Positions 10,812 through 20,398 of a stretch of 62,785 nucleotides of DNA are shown here, piece after piece (position 1 is the stretch's first letter; the number at the start of each line of letters is the position of its first letter). Location: the NCBI GenBank assembly GCA_964529965.1, contig CAZHAD010000004.1:10358-73142 (forward strand). The letters are read 5' to 3'. The notes beneath the pieces were generated by a model. It had not been told where the DNA came from, made no database searches, and saw nothing but the letters and a program-made list of their open reading frames with translations. The translations under genes and the position numbers were made by a program. This DNA is from an uncultured Leptospirales bacterium (GTDB taxonomy: Bacteria; Spirochaetota; UBA4802; UBA5550).

Positions 10812-11948
10812 AATATGCCCTCCTTGATTATTTAACATGAATGTCGAGTAAAAAGTTGTTTTGTTTAAATCGGAATTATCTTTGTTTTTGTAATATACGT
10901 GTGAATTTATCATCATGGACAAAAATTGCAAGAGCTTTTTGCAACTAGAATGAGGTATAAAAAAATGATTATAACGATCTATGTGGATTCATTGGCAGTG
11001 TACAGGTCAGATTTTGAAGAAAAGAAAGCCAAAAGGAAAATTCTTACAAAAGGTAAGAAATAATCAGTGTAAATTTTCTTATTTAGTAAATTAAGGCAAA
11101 TTTTCAATACTTAATTTTCGACCTCAAAGTCTACAAATTTTTTTATACTTTTTGATAAATTCATACAAGGAAAATTACAAAACCTGGCTGAAGCAGGTAT
11201 ATCTTCCCGGAGAAATTTTAGTTACTACTATTGTATTATCCGGGAAGCATCGAGACCAGTGCGTTGCTCGTGGATGGCAAGACAGCAGATGCACGGAATA
11301 TGTTGCTCGATGAGGGATATGTAAAACGGTTACAGCCCGAGATACAGCAGGCATATCTTGTTCTTATTCCGATCAATCCTACTTTAAAAGTAATGCTCGG
11401 CGTCTTGCTAAAGAATTTCTTTTGATATTGAATGCTGCTGTGGAATTAACAGATATGTAGTGTTGTGTGGGGCTCCGTCGTCAAAAAAAAAATGAAACTT
11501 TCAGGATGCACCCGGAATTAACCGGCTATTTTATATAAATATTGCACCGATCAACGACTTTTTTTTGTTTGTTGTTTCTCTCTCGGTGTTTTTTTGCAGG
11601 AAATTACGCTGCTCATAGAGACATATTTTTTTTCTTGAAAACTTTCATGGTAGAAAAATGAAAAATAAACAAAAATATATTTGCATAATTAACCCGAGAA
11701 ATCAAATAATATCGATCAGCCGCCTGCCTTATTAAAAAACATGATCCTGTTTGCGTATTTATACAATAACCGTATTATGATCAGTCAAAAAAATTTTATC
11801 ACAGCGCGTCCGCTCTTTCCGATAGGAAAGCCTATAAACCACGAGGCTCTGGTCCGGGGATAAGGCGCAAAACATTGTATGAAAAAATTCCCGGTCCCGA
11901 CTCGTCGGGACTGCGAGGCTATTGTATAACACCTTTCAAGGAAATATT

Positions 11949-12710
11949 ATGGATATCTTAACCAGTAAGGAAAAGGGCATTATTACGATTACGTTTAACC
12001 GGCCCGGCAAAAAGAACGCCATAACGGCAGCGATGTACCAGGCAATGGCGGACGCGCTTAAGGATGCCGAGGGCGATCCCTCGGTGCGCGTTATCGTAAT
12101 CACCGGCTCTTCGGAAATTTTCACGGCAGGAAACGACCTGGATGATTTTCTCAATAACCCCGCCCAGGGTGACGATACCCCGGTCTCCCGGTTTATGCGG
12201 CAGCTCAGCGGCGCTTCAAAACCTGTCATAGCCGCGATCTTCGGCTCGGCAATCGGGATCGGCAGCACTTTGCTGCTGCACTGCGATCTCGTGTACGCTG
12301 CCGACAACGCACGGTTTTCGTTGCCCTTCGCCCGACTCGGCCTGTGCCCTGAATTCTCATCAAGCCTCCTGCTTCCTCAAATGGTCGGACATCACAGAGC
12401 GGCTGAAAAGCTGATGCTGGGAGAGTTTTTTTCCGCGGAAGAAGCATGCGGTATGGGGCTGGTGAACAGGGTTCTGCCCGCGGACGAGTTGACCTCGTTC
12501 GTACGAGCGCAGGCCGAGAAGCTGTCGGCGCTGCCTGCAACTTCGCTCCGGACGACAAAGCGTTTGATGAAGGGCAACCAAGCCCAGGTCGAGGAAAAAA
12601 TGCGGGAAGAGGGCAGGCTTTTCGGCGAATTGCTGTTATCAAGGGAAGCGAAAGAGGCTTTTTCCGCATTCCTTGAGAAGCGCAAGCCGGACTTTACTAA
12701 ATTCTCATAA
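11949..12710 (+). CDS. Enoyl-CoA hydratase/isomerase (crotonase) family protein
   Basis: Contains 'ITFNRPGKKNAIT', 'FTAGNDLDDF' and 'AAIFGSAIGIGSTLLLHCD' crotonase-fold motifs. ATG 11949 is preferred over the track's TTG 11922. Confidence 0.88.
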   Translation: MDILTSKEKGIITITFNRPGKKNAITAAMYQAMADALKDAEGDPSVRVIVITGSSEIFTAGNDLDDFLNNPAQGDDTPVSRFMRQLSGASKPVIAAIFGSAIGIGSTLLLHCDLVYAADNARFSLPFARLGLCPEFSSSLLLPQMVGHHRAAEKLMLGEFFSAEEACGMGLVNRVLPADELTSFVRAQAEKLSALPATSLRTTKRLMKGNQAQVEEKMREEGRLFGELLLSREAKEAFSAFLEKRKPDFTKFS

Positions 12711-12840
12711 ACCTTATTAAACAGACGGCATCAGACCGGTCTCGAATGGACATTCACAGTCAATCTGACGCCGGCAGGATAATTTTAAAACGGAAGGAAT
12801 ACAATGTGAGTTTAAAAAGTTCTTTAAATAATCCGCTTGA

Positions 12841-12873
12841 AATAAAAAAGGCTACCAATTGGGGGGGGTAGCC
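12841..12873 (-). terminator. Rho-independent terminator downstream of tRNA-His
   Basis: The minus-strand RNA reads GGCUACC-CCCCCAAUU-GGUAGCC followed by UUUUUUAUU. Confidence 0.65.
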
Positions 12874-12878
12874 CGAAA

Positions 12879-12953
12879 TGGGTGGCAGACGGGAGTCGAA
12901 CCCGCAACGACTGGATCCACAGTCCAGGGCTCTACCATTGAACTACTGCCACC
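12879..12953 (-). tRNA. tRNA-His (anticodon GTG)
   Basis: The reverse complement GGTGGCAGTAGTTCAATGGTAGAGCCCTGGACTGTGGATCCAGTCGTTGCGGGTTCGACTCCCGTCTGCCACCCA folds as a cloverleaf. It has the anticodon stem CTGGA/TCCAG with loop CT-GTG-GA, a GGTTCGA T-loop, and the extra 5' G (G-1) typical of tRNA-His. Confidence 0.9.
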
Positions 12954-13112
12954 GTTGCAAGCAACATTAATTTAGGCCGATTTTCATTGTCAAGGCATAA
13001 TTTTTTGTATAACTTAAGATATAACATTGCGTTGTATAAATGAAATAATCGGCTCAACTCACATATATACATTCCTGTTGTGCGTGAATGCGCAAGGCCA
13101 CGAAATTAAATT

Positions 13113-15809
13113 ATGAGAATATTCTCGTATCATATCCCCTTATATCTGGCGACCGTTTTTACGGCACTGGTCGTGTGTATCATCAGCGGGGGAGTGGTTT
13201 TTTATTATGTAGAAAAGCAGCGTATCACCGATGAAAAGCATGATGAGCTCTCCGCCATCGCCGATCTCAAGATCCGGCAGATCGAAAGCTGGCTTAAGGA
13301 GCGGAGAAACGACGCGAATCTGGTCATGCAGGACCGCATGTTTGCTGCGGAATTTCTGCGCTGGCATACCGGATCCGCCGGACCGGCTTTTGTCCGTGAT
13401 TTTTTAATGCTGGCGAATGCGCTGAACGCCAATCATCATTACCGCGATATCGTGCTCACCGATCGGTACGGCACGCTCCTGCTGTCTTTGAATAAAACCT
13501 TTCAAACCGTAAGTCCTGAGACGAAGGATTTCATACTGAAGGCATTGAAAGGACATGAAGTAACGTTTACCGGCTTCTACTGGTGCAGCGAATGCGGAAG
13601 ATTTCACATGGATTTCGTGGCGCCGTTAACCCCGTTTCCGGGAACCGATTCGCCGGCCTTCGGCGCCATGCTGCTGCGCATAGACCCGTATCATTTTCTG
13701 TACAAGATCGTCCAGTCTTGGCCGACGCCGAGCCGCACCGCGGAAACCCTTCTCGTAAGAAAGGATAAAAACGACGTCCTCTTCCTCAACGAGCTGCGCC
13801 ACCGGAAAGGCACCGCGATGAAGCTGAGGCTGTCTGCGGACCGCAGGGATCTGCCGGCCGCCATGGCAGTCATGGGCAGGACGGGGATCGTCGAGGGCCA
13901 TGACTATCGGGGAGTCAAGGTGCTCGCGGACGTAAAGCCGGTTCCGGGGACCAGGTGGTTCATGGTGGCCAAGATGGACATGAGCGAGGTCAATGCTCCG
14001 GTGAGGAACCTGCTCGTCGTGGTCCTGGCTTTCATCTCGGTATTGACCGTGCTGGCTGCAGCCAGCACGGGCTGGTGGTGGATGCGGCAGCACGCCGTTT
14101 TTTACAGGAATCAATACGAGTCCGAGGCGAGGTACGCAGCGCTCGAGAAGCAGTTCGATTATCTGACGCGCTACGCCCACGATATCATTATTCTCGGGGA
14201 CGAGAATCAGAGGATCATTGAGGCGAACTACCGCGCGGAGGAGACGTACGGGTACAGCCGTGAAGAGCTGCTCAGTCTCTCGTTTAAGGATGTGCGGATA
14301 CCGCTGCTCGCGTCAGAGCTTGAACGGGACCTCCAGGCCCTGCAGGAGTCAGACGGCCTCACCTATGAGACGCTGCACCGGAGAAAGGACGGCACAATAT
14401 TCCCGGTCGAGGTGAGCGCGCGCGCCATAAAAACCGAGGAAGGGAACAGGTTCCAGTTCATCGTACGGGACATTACCGAGCGCAAGAGGGCGGAGGAGGT
14501 GCTTCTCCAGCTCAACCGTACGTATCGGGTATTGAGCAAGATCAATGAGGCGGTGGTGCGCATCCGCAACAGGGGGGAGCTCCTGAAAGAGGCGTGCAGG
14601 ATCGCGGTCGAAGACGGCGGCTTTTTAATCGCATGGATCGGGCTCGTGAACGATCAGACCCGCACGATCGAACCCGCCGCATTTTCCGGTGCAACCGCGG
14701 AAGGGTTTCTCGCGGGCCTCAGTATATCAATCGACGACCCTTCGTATAATATCGAGCCCGCGAGCGCTGCGGTCCGCGAGGGCAGGCTCGTCATTTGCCC
14801 TGACATCGAACGCTCCGGATGCGTGCAGCCCCTGCGTGAGAAGGAACTGGCGTTGGGATACCGCTCCGCCGCGGGGTTTCCTCTCATTGTAGGGGGATCG
14901 GCCGCGGGCGTGTGCGTTTTTTATGCGGCCAAGCCCCATTTTTTCAACGACGACGAGGTCCAGCTCCTCACCGAGCTCGTATCCGACATCAGCTACGCGC
15001 TTGAATTTTTCATGCGCGACGAGGAGCGGAGGAGGGCGGAAGAGGAGCTCCGCGCGCTCAACGACCAGCTCGAGGAACGCGTCGCGCTACGGACCTCGGA
15101 GCTCGGGGAGGCGAACAGTGAGCTCGAGGCGTTCTCCTATTCGGTGTCCCACGACCTGAAGGCCCCGCTTCGCGCCATAGAGGGGTTTTCCCGCATCATA
15201 ATCGAGGATTATTCTTCCGTGCTTGACCAGGAAACAAAGCGGCTCCTGGGCCTCGTGAAGGACAATACCAAGCGGATGGGCCGGCTTATCGACGATCTTC
15301 TCGCTTTTTCCAGGGCCGGCAGGCGTGAGCTTTCCATAGAAAAAATAGACATGAGGGAGACGGCGGATTCCGTTTGGCGCGATCTCGTCGGCCAGGAGCA
15401 GGGGAGAAGGTTTGACTTTTCCCTGGAGCCGCTCGCCGACGCGGAAGGGGATCCCTCCCTGATCAGGCAGGTATGGATGAACCTTTTGTCAAACGCGATC
15501 AAGTTCACCTCCCCCAGGGATACCGCGGTAATCGGGGTGAGCAGCCGCACGGAGGGAAACGAGATAATATACCGCGTGACGGACAACGGCGTGGGCTTCG
15601 ACATGGCGTATGCCGACAAGCTCTTCGGCGTGTTTCAGCGCCTTCACAGCGCGGATGAATTTCCCGGTACCGGCGTGGGGCTCGCGCTCGTGCAGCGGAT
15701 CGTCACCCGTCACGGCGGAAGGGTATGGGCCGAGGGCTCGCCCGAGGGAGGCGCGGCATTTTATTTCAGCTTGAAGACCGTGCCAAAAGACCGTCGGGAA
15801 GCAGGGTGA
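13113..15809 (+). CDS. Sensor histidine kinase (TM - extracytoplasmic sensor - TM - PAS - GAF - HisKA - HATPase_c)
   Basis: 898 aa with two hydrophobic segments flanking a roughly 270-aa domain. It has a PAS-like region ('ITERKRAEE' boundary), the H-box 'SYSVSHDLKAPLR', the N-box 'NLLSNAIKF', and G-boxes 'DNGVGF' and 'GTGVGLALV'. Confidence 0.9.
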   Translation: MRIFSYHIPLYLATVFTALVVCIISGGVVFYYVEKQRITDEKHDELSAIADLKIRQIESWLKERRNDANLVMQDRMFAAEFLRWHTGSAGPAFVRDFLMLANALNANHHYRDIVLTDRYGTLLLSLNKTFQTVSPETKDFILKALKGHEVTFTGFYWCSECGRFHMDFVAPLTPFPGTDSPAFGAMLLRIDPYHFLYKIVQSWPTPSRTAETLLVRKDKNDVLFLNELRHRKGTAMKLRLSADRRDLPAAMAVMGRTGIVEGHDYRGVKVLADVKPVPGTRWFMVAKMDMSEVNAPVRNLLVVVLAFISVLTVLAAASTGWWWMRQHAVFYRNQYESEARYAALEKQFDYLTRYAHDIIILGDENQRIIEANYRAEETYGYSREELLSLSFKDVRIPLLASELERDLQALQESDGLTYETLHRRKDGTIFPVEVSARAIKTEEGNRFQFIVRDITERKRAEEVLLQLNRTYRVLSKINEAVVRIRNRGELLKEACRIAVEDGGFLIAWIGLVNDQTRTIEPAAFSGATAEGFLAGLSISIDDPSYNIEPASAAVREGRLVICPDIERSGCVQPLREKELALGYRSAAGFPLIVGGSAAGVCVFYAAKPHFFNDDEVQLLTELVSDISYALEFFMRDEERRRAEEELRALNDQLEERVALRTSELGEANSELEAFSYSVSHDLKAPLRAIEGFSRIIIEDYSSVLDQETKRLLGLVKDNTKRMGRLIDDLLAFSRAGRRELSIEKIDMRETADSVWRDLVGQEQGRRFDFSLEPLADAEGDPSLIRQVWMNLLSNAIKFTSPRDTAVIGVSSRTEGNEIIYRVTDNGVGFDMAYADKLFGVFQRLHSADEFPGTGVGLALVQRIVTRHGGRVWAEGSPEGGAAFYFSLKTVPKDRREAG

Positions 15810-15861
15810 GGGCGGCGTGAATTGAAAATTCCGCGGGAAACATTATAAAAAAAAGAGGTGC

Positions 15862-16308
15862 ATGACAATGGAAACCAACGTGATCGATATACTCCTTGTC
15901 GAGGACAACTCCTCCGACGTGGAGCTGACCCTGAGGGCTTTTAAGAAGTATAATATCATGAACCCTATACATGTGGTCGCCGACGGGGTCGAGGCCTTGG
16001 AGTTCTTATTCGCCACCGGCAGATACTCGGACAGAAAGGAAACCAGGAATCCCAGGGTGATTCTCCTCGATTTAAAGCTTCCCAAGATAAACGGGCACGA
16101 AGTGCTCAAAAAGATCAAGGAGAACGAGAATACGAGGACGATCCCGGTGGTCGTGCTCACCTCCTCCCGCGAAGAGCAGGATATCATTCAGAGTTACAAA
16201 CTCGGCGTGAACAGCTTCATCGTGAAACCCGTGGATTTTGAAAAATTCATCGATGCGGTCAAGAACCTCGGTATGTATTGGCTGCTGCTGAACCAGCCGC
16301 CCGTGTAA
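15862..16308 (+). CDS. Response regulator, receiver domain only
   Basis: Contains 'ILLVEDNSSD', 'ILLDLKLPKINGHEVL' and 'VVVLTSS...SFIVKP'. The start may be ATG 15868, which is better spaced from GAGGTG. Confidence 0.88.
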   Translation: MTMETNVIDILLVEDNSSDVELTLRAFKKYNIMNPIHVVADGVEALEFLFATGRYSDRKETRNPRVILLDLKLPKINGHEVLKKIKENENTRTIPVVVLTSSREEQDIIQSYKLGVNSFIVKPVDFEKFIDAVKNLGMYWLLLNQPPV

Positions 16309-16314
16309 ATAAGC

Positions 16315-17760
16315 ATGACGGATACGATCAGAATCCTCATCGTGGAGGACCTTCCCTCCGACGAAGAGCTCGTCAAGAGAGAAATCCGGAAGGCGGGGAT
16401 CGATTTCATCTCCGTGCGGGTCGAGACCAGGGAGGCGTTCCTTTCGTCGCTTCACGGCTTCAAGCCCGATATCGTGCTGGCCGACTATGCACTCCCGAGC
16501 TTCGACGGCATGACCGCACTCAGACTCACGCGTGAATGCGAGCCGCTCCTTCCCTTCATCATCGTCACCGGGTCGATAAACGAGGAGACCGCGGTCGAAT
16601 GCATGAAGGCCGGGGCCTCTGATTACGTCATCAAGGGCCATGCCGGCGGCATCGGCTCCGCCATACGGGGCGCTCTTGAGATGAAGAGGCTGGCGGTCGA
16701 GAGGGAGAAGGCCTACGCGCTGCTGAGCGAAAACGAGGAGCGATACCGGGCGCTCTTTGAAACCATGGCGCAGGGGGTCGTGTATTTCGACGCGGACGGC
16801 GTGGCGAAATCGGCCAATCCCGCGGCGGAAAGGATTCTTGGCGTTCCACTCGACCGGATTCAGGGCCTGCCCTGCATGCGGCTTTTTGAAAAAATCAAAA
16901 ATGAAAATGGCGGGGAAATCTCCGAGAAGGAGCTTCCCGTGACCGTTGTATTGAATACCGGCAAGCCGGTCGGCAGCCGCATTATGGGCGTATACAATCG
17001 GATGGACGAGAGCTACCGATGGGTGAGGGTCACGGCGGTCCCCCTGGGCGGGAGCAACGGCGGGTTACACGGACAGGTGTACATGACCATGGAGGACATT
17101 ACGGAGATTAAAACAGGGCAGGACATGCTCAGGAGATCCCTGCAGGAGAAGGAGGTGCTCATCAGAGAGATACACCACCGCGTGAAGAATAATATGCAGA
17201 TCATATCGAGCCTGCTGAATCTGCAGGGAGGCTATAACAGAAATCCCGAGCTGAAGGGCATAATCATCAGTATGCAGAACCGGATCAAATCAATGGCCAT
17301 CATCCATGAAGAGCTGTATCGGTCTGATGATTTTTCAGATATAAATTTCGGCACGTGCATTCGAAATCTGGCGAACGAGCTTCTATTTTCATTCGTTGAG
17401 GACCCCTCGCTCATCACCATCAGGCTCGACGTCGCCGATATACGTCTCAGCATCGACGCCTCCCTGCCGTGCAGCCTGATCGTCAACGAGCTCATCTCCA
17501 ACGCATTGAAGTACGCGTTTCCCGGAGGAAGGAGGGGTGAGATTTTCGTTTCGATGCGCAAGGAAGAAAACGGCGCCTGCACCCTGGTGATCGAGGACGA
17601 CGGCGTGGGAATTCCGGAGGGAATCGACATAGAAAAGACGGGTACCATGGGGCTTTTCCTGGTCAGACTGCTCGTCAAACAGATGGGAGGCGCCATCACA
17701 CTTTACAGGGAGAAGGGGACAAAATTTGTCCTCCGGTGTCAGGAGCGCACACGCGTATAG
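16315..17760 (+). CDS. Hybrid receiver-PAS-histidine kinase (HisKA_2 type)
   Basis: The receiver has '[10 protein letters not shown]' and '[12 protein letters not shown]'. '[17 protein letters not shown]' is the HisKA_2 H-box. The HATPase has '[12 protein letters not shown]' and 'DDGVGIP'. Confidence 0.88.
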   Translation: MTDTIRILIVEDLPSDEELVKREIRKAGIDFISVRVETREAFLSSLHGFKPDIVLADYALPSFDGMTALRLTRECEPLLPFIIVTGSINEETAVECMKAGASDYVIKGHAGGIGSAIRGALEMKRLAVEREKAYALLSENEERYRALFETMAQGVVYFDADGVAKSANPAAERILGVPLDRIQGLPCMRLFEKIKNENGGEISEKELPVTVVLNTGKPVGSRIMGVYNRMDESYRWVRVTAVPLGGSNGGLHGQVYMTMEDITEIKTGQDMLRRSLQEKEVLIREIHHRVKNNMQIISSLLNLQGGYNRNPELKGIIISMQNRIKSMAIIHEELYRSDDFSDINFGTCIRNLANELLFSFVEDPSLITIRLDVADIRLSIDASLPCSLIVNELISNALKYAFPGGRRGEIFVSMRKEENGACTLVIEDDGVGIPEGIDIEKTGTMGLFLVRLLVKQMGGAITLYREKGTKFVLRCQERTRV

Positions 17761-18084
17761 GGGAAATCATTTGACGTTTGAATTAAAAGCAATTTTTTTT
17801 TAGTGTCGGGGACAAGCTTTAAATGAAAAAAATGATGAAGGTTATTCTCCAATCAGAAACAATCTTGGCCCTCTTTTGACGAATATAATATATATGAGTT
17901 AACCGCAAAGGGGTCTGTAAAAGATACTATCGGAAAACCCAATTATGTATTCTCCTCGCGTGATGAGAGGAATAGAGGGTATTTTTTAAAAAAAATATTT
18001 TTTATTATAAAAAATATGATTTTAGGCTTTATTTCATGAATAAACGAGGTCTCATTAATTTTGTAAAATCTGACGGTATTATCC

Positions 18085-19440
18085 ATGAATCGGTTTGAAC
18101 ATGCAATAATAATGCTCTTAATTTTCCTTCCCTTGATTTATTCGACGGGATACGGCGCGGACGATCTGACCTGGGGAGAGTGCGTCAGGCTGGCAAAAGC
18201 AAATAATCCTCAGCTGATATCCTCGCGGGAGATCATTAGACAGAACAGGGCGGCAGTGGGAGCGGCGCGGAGCGGTTATCTTCCCCAGATCAGCGCGAAT
18301 CTGGGAGCGAGCATTTCCAAACAAAACGGCGGGCTATCGGCGGAGGCGCGTCCTGAGGATTATTCCACATCGACCGGGGTGAACCGCCTGCTGCAGCAGG
18401 GAGGTACGACGAGCGGCGGCAGGACTGAAAGCTATTCGTACGAAGTGACCGGGTCGCAGATGCTGTTCGACGGATTGAAGACCGTATACGACGTCCGCTC
18501 CGCCCAGAGCCTGGTTGATTATGCCAGGTATCAGTATACGCTGGACTCTTCGCAGCTTCGCCATGACCTGAGGCTGGCATTCGTCCAGCTCCTCAAGGCC
18601 CAGGAATCGATCGGCATATCAAAGGAGATCGTGGCAAGGTGGAAGAAGAACCGGGCGCTCGTGCTGATGCGCTACAAGGCGGGCAGGGAGCACCGCGGAT
18701 CTCTCATGAACGCGGAGGCGAACCTCGCGCAGGCTCAGTACCAGCTTCTCCAATCCCAGCGGAGCGTTGCCGTGGCTCAGAGGGGACTTCTCAGGCAGAT
18801 GGGGCTTTATTCATTTATGGCGGTGCATGCCCAGGGGAGCCTCGCCGCGGCGGCGGCGCGAGACAGGAACAGGCCCGATTTCAACGACATACTGAATGCG
18901 CATCCCCTCCTCTTGCAGACTGTAAAAAAGAAGGAATCCGCGCTTTACGACGAAAAGTCACAGATTGCCGGATTATCCCCTGTTATTTCGGCGACGGGAA
19001 GCGCGGGCAGGGCGGCGAATCAATTTCCGCCTAAAACCACAAGCTGGTCCGCGGGCGTAAAGGCGACCCTGCCGATTTTCGACGGGGGGAGCAGGTATTA
19101 TGGCATCGAAAAGGCCAGGGCCGCGCACCGCCAGGCCGAGGCGGACGAGATGAGCATCAGGGAGCAGGTGATTTCTGACCTGGAGGAGAAATGGACCGCG
19201 TGGCAGAATGCCATTGACTTTGTGGGGGTCCAGCGGAAATTTCTGGCCGCCGCTGAGGAGCGCGCCAGGATCGCCGAGGCCGAATATTCGATCGGCCTGG
19301 TGCAGTTCGATAACTGGATCATCATAGAAGACGATCTTGCCCAGAAGAAGCGGGCATACCTGGACGCCAAGGCCAGTGAATTAAACGCCGAGGCCGAATG
19401 GCTTCTGGCAAGAGGGGAGACGCTCGATTATGAGAAGTAA
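18085..19440 (+). CDS. TolC-family outer membrane efflux protein
   Basis: 451 aa with a signal-like N-terminus and two repeated coiled/beta halves. It sits directly upstream of the adaptor and ABC pump genes. Confidence 0.8.
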   Translation: MNRFEHAIIMLLIFLPLIYSTGYGADDLTWGECVRLAKANNPQLISSREIIRQNRAAVGAARSGYLPQISANLGASISKQNGGLSAEARPEDYSTSTGVNRLLQQGGTTSGGRTESYSYEVTGSQMLFDGLKTVYDVRSAQSLVDYARYQYTLDSSQLRHDLRLAFVQLLKAQESIGISKEIVARWKKNRALVLMRYKAGREHRGSLMNAEANLAQAQYQLLQSQRSVAVAQRGLLRQMGLYSFMAVHAQGSLAAAAARDRNRPDFNDILNAHPLLLQTVKKKESALYDEKSQIAGLSPVISATGSAGRAANQFPPKTTSWSAGVKATLPIFDGGSRYYGIEKARAAHRQAEADEMSIREQVISDLEEKWTAWQNAIDFVGVQRKFLAAAEERARIAEAEYSIGLVQFDNWIIIEDDLAQKKRAYLDAKASELNAEAEWLLARGETLDYEK

Positions 19441-20392
19441 GAAGAAGGCCATTTTCATAGGAGCGGGCGCGGCCGCAATAACCGCAATCGTCATTCTGGC
19501 GGTGTTGCGGAGGGACCCCTCCTCGGACGTGGTATCGCGGATCGTGGCGCCCCATTACGGCACCATCCGGGTCCTTATCTCCGCGACCGGAACGGTGCTT
19601 CCGTACAACCGCCTTGAGATCAAGCCTGAGATCAGCGGGAGGGTCGAGGAGGTCCTGGTGAAGGAGGGTCAGAGGGTCAGGAAGGGGCAGATTCTCGCGT
19701 GGATGAGCTCCACCGAACGGGCGGCCCTGATCGATGCGGCGCGCTCCCAGGACCCTGCTTCAGTGCGATACTGGGAGCAGGCGTATAAGCCGATCCCGAT
19801 CGTGGCGCCCATCACCGGCACCGTCATCGTCAGGGCGGTCGAGCCCGGCCAGACCGCGACCAACGCCGCCGCCATACTCGTCCTGTCTGACCGGCTCATC
19901 GTGAAGGCGGACGTGGACGAGACCGACATCGGCAGGGTGAGGGTCGGTCAGAGGGTCATCATCGGTCTGGACGCATATCCGGACGTGGAGGTAAAGGGGC
20001 GCGTGGACCAGATCGAGTACGAATCAAAGGTCGTCAATAACGTGACCATGTATCAGGTGAATATCGTTCCGGACAAAGTGCCGGAGATTTTCCGTTCGGG
20101 CATGAGCGCGGACATCAGCATCGTTGAGGAGACTAAAAACAACGCGCTCCTTTTGCCCAACGAGGCGGTGTTCATCGAGAACCAGAAGGACTACGTCTGG
20201 GTCAAGACTCCGAAGGAAGGGCTTGAGAAAAGGGAGATCCGGGCCGGGGTGTCGGACGATCAAAACATCGAGGTGCGCGCGGGGGTGACGGTGAATGACC
20301 GGATCGCGATCAAGGCGCCCGGCACCCTCTCCCTTGAATCCAGACAGGGAGGTAATCCCTTCATGCCGACGAGAAAAAAACAGTCCCGCTGA
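19430..20392 (+). CDS. macA: Efflux periplasmic adaptor subunit (HlyD/MacA family)
   Basis: An N-terminal TM segment is followed by lipoyl/barrel-sandwich motifs ('LEIKPEISGRVEEVLVKEGQRVRKGQILA', 'IVAPITGTVI'). It overlaps the upstream gene by 11 nt. Confidence 0.8.
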   Translation: MRSKKKAIFIGAGAAAITAIVILAVLRRDPSSDVVSRIVAPHYGTIRVLISATGTVLPYNRLEIKPEISGRVEEVLVKEGQRVRKGQILAWMSSTERAALIDAARSQDPASVRYWEQAYKPIPIVAPITGTVIVRAVEPGQTATNAAAILVLSDRLIVKADVDETDIGRVRVGQRVIIGLDAYPDVEVKGRVDQIEYESKVVNNVTMYQVNIVPDKVPEIFRSGMSADISIVEETKNNALLLPNEAVFIENQKDYVWVKTPKEGLEKREIRAGVSDDQNIEVRAGVTVNDRIAIKAPGTLSLESRQGGNPFMPTRKKQSR

Positions 20393-20398
20393 GGATTC

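Noticed and set aside
10916-10930. Sigma54-like TGGAC-N-TTGCA elements. Similar ones occur at 28269-28282 (TGGAAAAAATTTGC) and 28484-28498 (TGGCAACGGGCTGCA).
   Set aside because: In all three the GG to GC spacing is one nucleotide shorter than the canonical -24/-12 arrangement. The first also points away from fdhA.
7839-10931. Reading the split Fdh/HdrA/MvhD ORFs as pseudogenes or as two-gene pairs. This also applies to 55145-55372, 58183-58623 and 59509-61557.
   Set aside because: Each break is a single in-frame TGA located exactly at a known Sec/Cys position. Each is followed by conserved coding sequence and a hairpin 9-16 nt downstream. Selenocysteine recoding is the simpler explanation.
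11231-11425. A 64-aa ORF as a real gene.
   Set aside because: It has a TTG start without an RBS, no motif and an isolated position in an AT-rich spacer. It is kept only as a possible remnant (see findings).
12711-13112. tRNA-His as the integration site of a genomic island.
   Set aside because: There is no integrase, no direct repeat of the tRNA 3' end and no mobility genes on either side. The flanking genes are ordinary housekeeping or signalling genes.
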